Made by a program: the position numbers and the translations under genes | Source of the DNA: Anthoceros angustus | Taxonomy: Eukaryota; Plantae; Anthocerotophyta | DNA: 64,000 bases | Direction of reading: 5' to 3' | Assembly (NCBI GenBank): GCA_010909165.1 | Contig: MU008218.1 | Coordinates: forward strand, 1-64,000 | Part shown: one piece after another, positions 1 to 11,800 of the stretch | How the letters are laid out: every line of letters begins with the position of its first letter | Position numbering within the stretch: the first letter of the stretch is position 1 | The notes under the pieces: generated by a model | What the model was told of the DNA's origin: nothing | What the model saw: only the letters and a program-made list of their open reading frames with translations | The model's database searches: none

Positions 1-156
1 TTTGCCTCATCCTTATTTATAGGGCGGCTTACATCATTTCTAAAATAAGCGCCTAGCAAAGGCTCAAAGTAGAATACCTTTCTTTATAAGCTCTAAGCTG
101 CCTCACTACCACTAACCACGTAATTTACTAAACTAGATCCAGGGGTGCCTTTCGTA

Positions 157-3100
157 TGGCCTGAAAAGTTTGGGCAACCAAAGAGCCAAGACGAACAAGT
201 TTGATTTTTTTGGCTAGGAACGATTGAAGAGGAGCATGGGGAAATTTTCCGAGAATCTTGAAGCCGGAGTTGTAGGATATTGTTAGGAAGTAAGAGGATA
301 TCCGAGGAAGAAGAACGGGTCAAAACGACCCCGTGCAAGGGCACCGAAGGGTAGGCAGACTACCGTCGCCACACTACGGGTAGGTCGAGAGGAAGCGACT
401 ACCGGTAGGGGATGGCACGAAATCTCGGACAAAAGGGAAATTAGGATAGGGAGATATCCACTATATATGCCCACCAATAGTGGACTAGATAAATGGGTAA
501 TAGGAAATTAAAAGCTAGATTGGGCCGTTAGGAAACTAGGGGAAATAGTATCTTAGTATAAGAGGAATTGGGAAACTCAATCAATCAGAAAAGGTGCCAC
601 GTGGTGCATATCCAAGGGCGTAGTAGATTGGTAGTTACCATTCCTAACCCCAAGTTATCTTTATAATCTGTGCATGTGTGTAGGAGGTCACAACTTGAAG
701 GTGAGGAAGCGCCAACACTGCAGAAGGCGCCGCCACACCAAGAGTGAGAAGAGCCCCACAAGATGGGCGTACGTGCACTGCAAGGTGGATAGAGAAAGAG
801 GGGTGCAACAAGAGAAGAAGAAGGAAGGAAAGGGCCGGGGTGGAAGGAAGAAGGCAATGCTTGCCCAAGCCCAAAGGAGTGTTGGGAAGAGCAAGGCATG
901 TCAAAATTGAAGAGAAATTGCGAGAAGGGACTCTCAACTTGGAGAAGATGTAAGAACTGTGAACGCTTAGAGAATTCCTTCTTCAAATCACAAGAATTGG
1001 AAACTATGGAAAAGCAAGGGTATAAGAGCTAGGGAATTGTGAGCAAGGCGAGGTCAAGGCCGGGGTGTGTGTGTGGAAATTGCAAGGAGCTGGAAGGTTC
1101 TTGGCATCCATTCAAGATTGTCCATCTGAGGCCAAGCATGGAAAGACCATTGCCTTTTATGACGGAGGACAAGCATCGCTGCGCAAAGATCAAGGCTGGA
1201 GGACTCAAGGAAGAGGAGGAAGTGGTAGAACCCGAGGGGTTGTCACGGAGGAGGAGGAAACCTCCATGAGCGAGCCCCAGAGGAGCTCAAGAGATGGATA
1301 GGGCCAAATGGTGTATAGGGAGACGCCATGGTAGGTGCACACCCTACCGTGATAGGAACAACACGTATAAGGGTGAGTGGGTAGGTAGGCAGCCACCAGG
1401 TGAAGGGGAATTGGAGAGTGCCTAGCACATGTTGCAGCAGGTGAAGGCCACAAGGCGAAGGATGAAGAAGATGAGAAGAGAGTTATGGTGCACCAATGCT
1501 AGTCATTTGCAAGAGGAGGCCATGGCTAAGCATGTGGAAGTACTTGCAAGGAGTAATGATGTGAGGATGGCATGATAGGGCCGTTTGAACTAGGAGAGGC
1601 CAGGCTCATGGCAAGCTGAATTTGCAGCTGCAAGATGGAGGTGGCACACACAGAAGGCGATAGATGGGCTAATATGGTGAAGGAATCGCAATGGGGTGTG
1701 CATCATGAAGGCAAAATTGCAGTTTGGGCTGCAAGTAGGTGTGAAGGGAGGTCGTTGTGGCCGAGGAGAATTGGGCAGCAAGGTAGGCTGATTCGAGAGT
1801 TGGTCAAGGAGTTCGCTAAGGAGAAATGTGGAGAAGGAGCTTGGTGAGGAGTTCAATAATGAATGACTAAAATGTATGGCAAAATGCACAAGGAACTTGG
1901 TGTGTTGGATATGTGGATATAAGAACTCCAGAGTTAAGCGTCCTATGGATCAGATGGATGGGGTGCCTTTTTGTGTGAGGAGTATGAGCTTATATTTGCA
2001 AAAGACACAAGGAGCTGATTGGGAAAGTTCTTAGTAGGGAGTTGGCGCATTTTGGAGGCTGAGGATTGAGCTTTTTCCTTGGGTTTTGGGTAGGATGGTC
2101 TCTATGGGAGCGCCTAGGGCCAAGGAGATGGGAATGTTGCTCTTGCACAAGAGCTGAAGGATTGATGACTTAAGAGCCTTCTTGGTGCAAACCAACTAGG
2201 GTCTTGAATTTGTGCAAGATGGATGGAAAGGATCCTTAGATTCATGGTGGGGATTGATGGCTACGATAGAAATTAGAGGTTATGGCTGGTGCAAATAATG
2301 GATGGGATATGGCCACATGCTTGCAAAAGAACCACTCAAATCTATGGCTGCAATTTAGGAGCTCTGCTATAATTGTCGCATGAGAAGACCGGAGCGCCTG
2401 CTAAAAGTGCAGAGAGGGAGTGAGCTAGAGCTTGTGTGTGCGCCTCACCTGTGTGTGCCTTCTTAAGAGTGATGCCATCTCCTCTTGGTGTTCTCTTTTC
2501 TTGTGGCACCAATTTCTTGGGTCTTGGTGTGCCTCTGGGTTTTGAGAGTGAATTTCTTCTAAGAGGGATGTCCTTAGTGTTCTTGGTGCTTAGCTTGGTG
2601 TTTGTTCTCCTCATGGGATTGCTAAGAGCCAAGCTGCAAGGATGAGGCTGGTTCGGAGGAAGCTGTGTGGATGCCGTGAAGGGTTTCTCAAGGCCAAGAA
2701 ACCCCAACTCATGAAGCGCATGGTGGTAGTTTGGAGTGTAAACCCATTGCCAAAAATATTGGGCGATGGCATGGTGTGGAGGCCTACAATAATTGTGAAG
2801 AGGAGGATGCTTGGGCCACACGATGATGATAGGGAGGCCCTCGTGCATTAAGCCGGGGCCTTAGATTTTGATGAGGTCACAAGCGATATGGACTCCGAGG
2901 AGTTTGGAGAAGAAATGGCGAGAGGAGCCCATAGTGCCATAAGGAAACAGGGGAAGAAGGCAACCTACCACGGTAGGGAGGCAGCCTACCGGGTCAGAGG
3001 TGCAGCCACCGAGGTGTCCAAAGGAGGCAATGGATGCAAGTGCTATTGAGGGGAGGATGGTAGGGAGGCAAGTACTTTGGCCCCACAGGAGATGTTAAGG

Positions 3101-5033
3101 AGGAGGTTGTCTCCCTAGGAGAATGAAAAATCACAAAGAGGAGCTCAACCTACCAACATAAGTGCAGAGCAAGGAGGTCACTTGTTCCACAAGTGAAGGA
3201 GAGGAGGATGAGTCCTCGGCGCCAAAGGAAGGAGATGGCGCAGAAGCAAGGTAGGGGTCACCCTACACCAGAGGGTGACCACCCTACCACTAGTCCGCCA
3301 GCCACCGTGGTAGGTCACACCACGCCGTAGTCGCCGACTACCAGTAGGGGCGTGTACCTACGGGCGAGGGACTCGAGGGGAGCCAGCCAAGGCCCGATTG
3401 AGGATGGAAGGAGCGGATCCAGCAATACATGAAGATAGATGATAAGGTGGTGGGAGAGCAGCCAGGAGGAGACCAAAGACGGGGTCCCGTGAGGAAGGGA
3501 GGGTAAGAAATTCCCTCACGGACAAGGGAGGAGCCAGAGCCAAGAGAGGAGACCAACGCAAAGAAGGCCCGGAGGAATTAGCGAGGTGACAACATCGTCA
3601 AGAAATGGGGAGGAACCTTTGAAGACATGCTCCATGATAGGTATGGACAAATCAAACAAGGAAAGGAGCAAAAGGATCTCAACCCTGGGACCATCACCGA
3701 TGAGGAAGAGGGAAGGAGATAGGGACAGACTACATGGTAGTCACCTACCCCGAAGTCCGACTACCGCGGTAGGGTGCCCTTTGAAGGAGGCCGGGGAGAA
3801 GATGGGCTAGTGCGGAAGGCGGCGGAAGAGGAATCGCCGGGAGGAAGAAGAAGGCGCGGAGAAGGGAAGGTGAGAAGGGGGAAGGTACTTGCCCCAAAAG
3901 GAGGAAAAGTCATGAAGGTCAGTCGAGGGGTCGAGGTCAAGACAGCAGAAAAGGGAAGACCAGCAGCAAAAGGGGATGAGAAGACCAATCAAGGGAACCC
4001 GCCACACCCAAAGCAAGATAAGGACTAGAATTGTCAATGACCATAAATGAGCTTTGGGGAATGGGAAGGATAGGTGGTGTAGGTTGGCAACATTAAAGAG
4101 TGGCCATAGGTGAAGTTGCTAGAATAGAATTTACCTAGGATCGACAAGACTTAGATGCCAGCCTTAAATGTCGGTAGGAAATAATAGAATATTGGAAAAG
4201 GTGACTGCAGAGGGTCACCCAAGGGAGGTTGTATGTGGAAGGCCTCCTATAAGAGGAGGAGGATTTCAAAATAAAGTATCATGTCTTGCGCCCACTCCGA
4301 GTCCTTTGCCATTACAGAGGAATTTCGTGTGTGTGAGCCAACACAGTCTGTAGAGAGGAAGTCGCGGTCTGAGTGCTTGGTGGAGGACTTGCCCGCAAGT
4401 GCCTAAACGAGTTGCTCCCTTGTGAATGGTTGCTGTGAAATTGCTTTGCTTTGGGTGTGGCAAATGCCCAGAGAACTCGGCTTGAGGGTAGACCAGGAAA
4501 GACTCGGAGGTTCTCGGGTGTCAAACTCATAGCAACCGCCCAAGGAAGAACTTGCTGGTGGAGGCGACCCTGTGCCAGCAGTAAGGGCGAGCCAAGAAGC
4601 CCGAATCGAGGTTAGACTAGGAGGAAGAGGATGAGGAGATGAGAAGATGAGTAGAGGATTAGAGGTGTAGGTGGAAGGCCAGCAGAGCCTAAGGGACGAA
4701 TCCCAACTGCAAGTAAAAGAGCGCTCCCGAGTGGAGAAGTTGGTCTTAGAAGTAGGGACGAAATCGGTGTGAACTGGGGTCCCGGCGCCCGTGGTAGGCT
4801 CCTCGCCGAGGGACCTGCAATTGTGTGTGTTGTAGGTCGGCGATTTTCGAGCAGGTGCGCAGGCTGTGAGAGGGAGTAGAGGGCGCCTTGCTTGTTGAGA
4901 AGGGAGAAGTTGCCGCAGTAGCGATTGGTGACACAAGGCCTCGAACTTTCACACAAGTCTCATGGGACGAAACCCCAACGACGAAGCTGGGATAAGTGTG
5001 GCCGCTGGGAGGACCGAGTTTTCTCCTACCACA
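157..5033 (+). repeat. 5' LTR of element 1 (left edge approximate)
   Basis: Aligns along its length to 8852-13830 (e.g. AAGTTTGGGCAACCA at 166 and 8862). Ends in CA immediately before the PBS. TATA-like CTATATATG near 460 and 9165. Confidence 0.85.
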
Positions 5034-5050
5034 TTTTGGCGCTGTCGGGA
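5034..5050 (+). promoter_or_regulatory. Primer-binding site (TTTTGGCGCTGTCGGGA), Athila-like
   Basis: Directly follows the LTR-terminal CA. Resembles the TGGCGCCGTTGCCGGGGA PBS of Athila-type elements. Confidence 0.7.
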
Positions 5051-5949
5051 TTTGTTGTTGAAAGTTTGAAGTTTTGTGGTTTCCATCGCTCAGAGAATGC
5101 TTGAGAAGGGACCGAGGGTTGACCATATGTTGTGAAGAAGGAACTTCGCTACCTAAGTTGTCATAGGGGTGAATGGGTGAGACACTAAAGGTGTGATTTG
5201 CTTCCTTAACGACCGTGGGTTGGAGGTCATGAGGATGCTTGCATGTCTAGTTGGGGAGGAAGGAAGTAATTTACGTAGAGAGAGACGCTCGCTTTGTCTG
5301 CAAAGGATTTGTGAGCTGAACGGAGAAATCATGTGTGAAGAAAGCTTAGTTGCCGCAATGTGTGCAAAGGAAGAAGGAGGAGAGAGCTCTTGGAGGAAGC
5401 TACATGTGCTAACATCTTCGTGGGTTCCGTTGAGGAAGAAGAGGTAGTTGTCTAAGAGCAGGAGGAGGTTGTGCTCACGGACAGCGAGAGGGAGGAGGTT
5501 GTTACCGAGGAGTTGCTGATTAAGGGTGAGGGTCAAGAATCCGAGCCAGGTTAGTAATTTCAAGTACATCTTCGCCTCGCAAGAGGAGGACTTTTTCGGC
5601 GTGGATTGTTGAGCTCTTCTAGCTCGAGTTGGTCGTCAGAGGAGGAAGGCAAGAGGGTGAGATTTGGCGTGGAGAAGTTGAGATCTAATGGCCGAGCTGC
5701 AAGGTCTTGATCGAATTATTGCCCAACTTGCTGCCCTTTCAACCGATTAGGAGGATCGAGGCGCTTGTGTGCCCAAGTCTGTATACATCCTTGCAGCATT
5801 TGTTATTGCCAGACAGGTGGAGTTTCTTGGGAGGTATGCCCACAATTTTGTGGACGCCCTCGACCATGAGTGGAGGAAACAGAGGTGGTGGGAGTCAGTC
5901 ACCCCATAGCCGCCAGCAGTATGTGAGATTTGGGGAGAAGCAACAAGGT

Positions 5950-6400
5950 GAAGATGCTGAGGCTTTGTGGAAACTTTTGAACATGTGACTCATGCGAATT
6001 TGGAAGCCTCAGCCGCAGATTGTCTCCGAAATTTTCCTAGAGTGCTTCGAGGTCATGCCCAGTGGTATAGTTGCGCGTATGGGGCTGCACCACCGCTGCA
6101 TTGGGATTATATGGGAACCGTAGTTTTGAAACGATGGCCGAGCTATGCACATCACTGGTCCTGGAGGACTGCGAAGGAAGAGGAGGAGTCTTTGTATGAT
6201 TATGTAGAGGATTTATGGTTACTGAGAGTACCACCACGGCCGCGAAGGATGTGACCTTTGCAAAAGCAGTTCGGATATGACCTTTCTTGATAAATGTTGA
6301 TGTGGAAGGAGTTAGAAGCATGTAGATCCATGCCAGAAAATAGAGCTAGAATCTAGTAAGGTAGGGAGATTTCTAAGTGTAGAGTTGAAGAGGTTGCAGC
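5950..6400 (+). pseudogene. Degenerate retrotransposon gag
   Basis: ORF 5967-6254 (F..VLRGHAQWY...W..M...VLKRW...EEESLYDYVEDL) fits the retrotrans_gag pattern. Frameshifted. Confidence 0.6.
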
Positions 6401-7879
6401 AACATGTGAATGAAGGTCTTATTTCTCGATCAAAATCGAAAACGGCTTGAGGCCATGATGACCGATTTCCGAGGAGCCACGGCCTGGGTCAAAGGAGGAG
6501 GACGTGAGCATGTTGTAGACGGCCTAAGAATTGATCAGCAAGTCTTGTTGCCAGCAGAGAGGCCAAATGAGCAAGAAGGGAGTGTTGTGCAGGAAAAGCT
6601 GCAGCAGGACAATCTGGAAACCGGGGAGATAAGAGGGCGCCAGCATGGGCGCAAGGAGGAGGCTGGAATGCTCCTCAAGGTGAGCAGTCAGGAGGGCTGC
6701 AAGTGGAGGCCACACACAAAGAAAGAAGCAAAACGGACATGAGAGCACCGCTTTTGAGACGGAAGGCCCCCACTTGGCGAGGTCGGGGGGCGCCATGAGG
6801 CCGAGGAGGAGAAGGCCCTAGGGAGGTGGACACAGAGGGCGAAGAAGGAGATGCGCCATGAAAGTTTGAGCAAACCGCAGAAGGAGAGTTACATCCGGGC
6901 AATCACCAAAATTCACCATGGAGGTGCAGCAAGGCGAGGAGGTCGCCATGGGAGCACGAGCTGGACCTAGACACGAGGCTAGACCAGCAAGAATGGAAGA
7001 AATCAGAACGTTTGAGGAGGAGCATGCAAACGGGCTGCAGGCTAAGAAACTTGCAGCATGGACAAAGCAGGGAGAAAATGGATTTGTGAATGGATCAACG
7101 CCATCTGGGGCTGCTGGTAGGCGAGCTAGCAGGAGGCGACGTAGCACGGTTGGAAGGAGAGGAACGTGGGCAAAGTTTAGGTGTGATTGGCTGCAGCAAG
7201 AGGTGTTGCAAGTAGAAGGGCCAAGTGTCCATGGAAGGGGTTTTGTGCAGGGTTTGCTGCAGGAGGTCAATCTAAGAGTTCGAGATGAAGCAAAGAAGTG
7301 GCAACATGTGTACGAGGAGAACGAGGAGTGCTCTTTAAGGGTGAGCAGTCAGGAGGGCTGCAAGCGGAGGCCATGATGGTGGCAAGGAGCGGTGAAGAGA
7401 TTGCAAAGAAATTGCAATTTGGAGGAAGGAGAGGTGGCACACAAAAATGGTGTGCTGAGAAGGTGTGTGCACTGGAGCCTAGGAGCGAGGACGGCTCTAT
7501 GGTGCCATGTATGAAGGAGGATTGTGAGAAATCACACCTCAAGGTGTGCTTGCGGAATTGCAAGGAGGAGCATCGACCGATTCTTGGTCGATCAAATTGC
7601 CAAGAAACCGCAGCAAGGTGAGGAGGTCGCTACTAGAGCGTGATCTAGGGCTAGTCATGAGACTAGGGAGCATAGAGATGAAGGGGTGGCGATGATGCCA
7701 ATAGATGCACAGTCGACCGAGACGGATGCTCGCAGATTGACGCAGGAGAAGCTAGTTTTGTGAACTGAGTTGAAGGCGGGGCTGTGGCCACAGCACCGAC
7801 ATCCACTGGTGAATAAGCTAGAGGGAAACGGCGAGGTGTGCATGGGAAGAGGAGCATGGAACGTGAAGGACTCCTATGT

Positions 7880-8830
7880 CCACGTTATTTGTTGAACGTT
7901 GAGGTACGAAATTTCTTGGATCACGGAATCATGCTTGACAATTTGTCCAGGGAGGGGCGGGCTGTTTTTCTCCATAAAGCCGCACCCTATTGCCTAAGGG
8001 AGTCTTATACAAGCTTGGTCGGAGAAAATTTGATTGTTTGTTTGAAGGCGGCGCCGCACGCTCATGCAAGAGGCTGGAGAGCACTTGGTGCAAATCATGG
8101 TGAAGATCCTGGATGGAGGCTTTTGGTGGGCTACGATGCGGGAGATGTGTGGATTTTGGTTGGAATTATGTGATGCATGCCGTTGGGAGTCCGACTTTTT
8201 GACATCGGCCTCTTACTTACATCTCACGTGAGAAGTGGCTTAGACTTTGTGGGTCCAATCAAGCCACCCACAAAATGGACAAGGAAACAATATATCTTGG
8301 TGGCAATGGACTATTGCACAAAGATGGTGGAGGTCAAGCAACAAGGAAGGATGATGCACTCTAGGGCAAGTTTCTCGAGAACATAATTGGACAGCGGAGA
8401 AGGTGACAACAAAGAAGACTCCATATTATTTAACATATGGCATGTCTCCTGTGATGCCCGTGGAATTTGAAGTACCTATCTAAAGGATTATGGAGGATGA
8501 ACGAGAGGATAGCCGTAGCTAGGTTAGAATCTTTCATAGAACAGGAGGAGCATAGGAGGAAGCTTTAGAAGGAACCCAAATAATTCAAGAACCGAAAGGA
8601 TAGGCATGATGGGAAGTTGAGGAAGCAAGAGACTATCGTACGGGATTTAGTTCTTCTATATGATAGCTATATGGACTTGGAAGCTTAGGTTGAGGTGGAT
8701 GGGAACCTTCTCGTGGTGGTAGTATATGTGAATGGATCCGCAGATCATGAAGTCCGGATGGGGATTTGCCAACTATGGTGAATGGGTGGAAGATTAAGAA
8801 GTACCTTCAACCCGAGTACTGTTTTAGGAC
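7880..8830 (+). pseudogene. Degenerate integrase
   Basis: [11 protein letters not shown]...[11 protein letters not shown] core motif at 8230-8330. C-terminal PTMVNGWKIKKY. Multiple frameshifts. Confidence 0.85.
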
Positions 8831-8839
8831 GCAAACAGT

Positions 8840-8851
8840 GAGGAGGGAGTA
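8840..8851 (+). promoter_or_regulatory. Polypurine tract of element 1
   Basis: GAGGAGGGAG-TA immediately before TGTGAACG, where the repeat starts. Confidence 0.7.
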
Positions 8852-11800
8852 TGTGAACGCAAAGTTTGGGCAACCAGCCCAAAAGAGCCAAGACAACAAG
8901 TTTGATTTTTTGGCTAGAACGATTGAAGAGGAGCATGCGGAAATTTTCGAGAATCTTGAAGTGGAGTTGTAGGATATTGTTAGGAAGAAGGATATCCGAG
9001 GAAGAAGAACGGGTCAAAACGACCCCGCAAGGCAGGGCGGGGGCGGTAGGTCGCAGACTACCGTGAGGCGCCACACTACACGGTAGTCGAGAGGGCGTAG
9101 GTAGCGGACTACCGGTAGGCTGACGAGATCGCCAAAAGGGAAATTAGGATAGGGAGATATCCACTATATATGCCCACCAATAGTGGACTAGATAAATGGG
9201 TCGAATAGGAAATTAAAAGCTAGATTGGGCCGTTAGGAAACTAGGGGAAATAGTATCTTAGTATAAGAGGAATTGGAAACCCAATCAATCAGGAAAAGGT
9301 GCCACGTGGTGCATATCCAAGGGCGAGTAGATTGGTAGTTACCATTCCTAACCCCAAGTTATCTTTATAATGCATGTGTGGGAGGTCACAACTTGAAGGT
9401 GAGGAAGCGCCAACACTGCAGAAGGCGCCGCCACACCAAGAGTCGAGAAGAGCCCCACAAGATTGCGATGTACGTGCGTGGAGGATAGAGAAGAGAAAAG
9501 AGAAGAAGAAGGAAGGAAAGGGCCGGTGGAAGGAAGAAGGCAATGCTTGCCCAAGCCCAAAGGAGTGTTGGGAAGAGCAAGGCATGTCAAAATTGAAGAG
9601 AATTGGAGAAGGGACTCTCAACTTGCTGGAGAAGATGTAAGAACTGTGAACCTTAGAGAATTCCTTCTTCAAATCACAGAATTGGAAACTCATGGAAAAG
9701 CAAGGGTATAAGAGCCGGGGAATTGTGAGCAAGGGCGAGGTCAAGGCCGGGTGTGTGTGTGGAAATTGCAAGGAGCTGGAAGGTTCTTGGCATCCATTCG
9801 AGATTGTCCATCTCGAGGCCAAGCATGGAAAGACCATTGCCTTTTGTTGAAGACACTGGAGGATCGTCAAGCGCTGCAAGATCAAGGCTGGAGGACTCTG
9901 CGAAGGAAGAGGAGGAAGCAGTAGAACCCGAGGGGTTGCCGGAGGAGGAGGAAACCTCCATGAGCGAGCCCCAGAGGAGCTCAAGAGATGCAGGATAGGG
10001 CCAAATGGTGTATAGGAGACGCCTACCATGGTAGGTGCACACCCTACCGTGATAGGAACAACACGCATAAGGGTGAGTGGGGTGGTAGGCAGCCCTTGCA
10101 CGGGAAGGGAATTGGAGAGTGCCTAGCACATGTTGCGGGTGAAGGCCACAAGGCGAAGGATGAAGAAGATGAGAAGAGAGCTGGAGTTATGGTGCACCGA
10201 ATGCTAGTCATTTGCAAGAGGAGGCCATGGCAGTGCCGAAGCATGTGGAAGTACTTGCAGTGGAGTAATGATGTGAGGATGGCATGATAGGGCCGTGTGC
10301 TGAACTAGGAGAGGCCATGGTAGAGCTCTCATGGCAAGCTGAATTTGCTGGGCTGCAAGATGGAGGTGGCACAGCCACAGGAAGGCAGTATTGCAGATGG
10401 GCTGCAATATGGTGAAGGAATCGCAATGGGGTGTGCATCATGAAGGCAAAATTCAGCTAATGCAAGTAGGTGTGAAGGGAGGTCGTTGTGGTGCGAGGAG
10501 AATTGGGCAGCAAGGTAGGCTGATTCGAGAGTTGGTCAAGGAGTTCGCTAAGGAGAAATGTGGAGAAGGAGCTTGGTGAGGAGTTCAATAATGAAACACC
10601 AAAATGTATTTGGCAAAATGCACAAGGAACTTGGTGTGTTGGATATGTGGATATAAGAACTCCAGTTAAGCGTCCTTGGGCGGATCAAGATGATGGGGTG
10701 CCTTTTGTGTGAGGAGTATGAGCTTATATTTGCAAAAGACACACGGGAGCGATTGGGAAAGTTCTTAGTAGGGGAGTTGGCACCCGGCACGGGATTTTGG
10801 AGGCTGAGGATTGAGCTTTTCCTTGGGTTTTGATTGGGTAGGATGGTCTCTATGGGAGCCTAGGCCAAGGAGATGGGGAATGTTGCTCTTGCACAAGAGC
10901 AAGGATTGATGACTTAAGAGCCTTCTTGGTGCAAACCAACTAGGGTCTTGAATTTGTGCAAGATGGATGGAAAGGATCCTTAGATTCATGGTGGGGATTG
11001 ATGGCTACGATAGAAATTAGAGGTTATGGCTGTGCAAATAATGGATGGGATATGGCCACATGCTTGCAGCAACCACTCAAATCTATGGCTGCAATTTAGG
11101 AGCTCTGCTATAATTGTCGATGAGAAGACCGGAGCACTGCCTAAAAGTGCAGAGGGAGTGAGCTAGAGCTTGTGTGCGCCTCACTGTGTGCCTTCTTAAG
11201 AGTGATGCCGCCATCTCCTCTTGGTGTTCTCTTTTCTTGTGGCATCAATTTCTTGGGTCTTGTGTGCCTTGGCTTGGTTTTGAGAGAATTTCTTCTAAGA
11301 GAGGACGTCCTTAGTGTTCTTGGTGCTTAGCTTGGTGTTTGTTCTCCTCATGGGATTGCTAAGAGCCAAGTGCAAGGATGAGGCCGGGTTCGGAGGAAGA
11401 GGTGTGGATGCCGTGAAGGGTTTCAAGGCCAAGAAACCCCAACTCATGAAGCGCATGGTGGTAGTTTGGAGTGTAAACCCATTGCCAAAAATATTGGGCG
11501 ATGGCATGGTGTGTGAGGCCTACAATAATTGTGAAGAGGAGGATGCTTGGGCCACACGATGATGATAGGGAGGCCCTCATGCATTAAGCTGTGGGCCTTA
11601 GATTTTGATGAGGTCACAAGCGATATGGACTCCGAGGAGTTTGGAGAAGAAATGGCGAGGGAGGGTGCCATAAGGAAGAGGGAAGAAGGCAACCCACCAC
11701 TAGGGAGGCAGCCTACGTGAGGCAGCCCACTGGGGAGGCACACGAGGGCTCACCGTGAGGTCTCAAGGAGGCAATGGATGCAAGTGCTATTGAGGGGAGA

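Noticed and set aside
140-160. Target-site duplication for element 1
   Set aside because: The right flank is GCTTC and the left flank is TCGTA (with GCCTTTC slightly upstream). There is no clean 5-bp match and the left LTR edge is degraded.
6190-6240. YDYVED as a reverse-transcriptase YxDD motif
   Set aside because: The context (EEESLYDYVEDL) fits gag, and no flanking RT motifs are present.
9289-10101. 270-aa minus-strand ORF in the LTR as a gene
   Set aside because: Pro/Ser/Leu-rich shadow of a purine-rich plus strand. Only partly open in the other LTR and has no recognisable motif. Not excluded, but unsupported.
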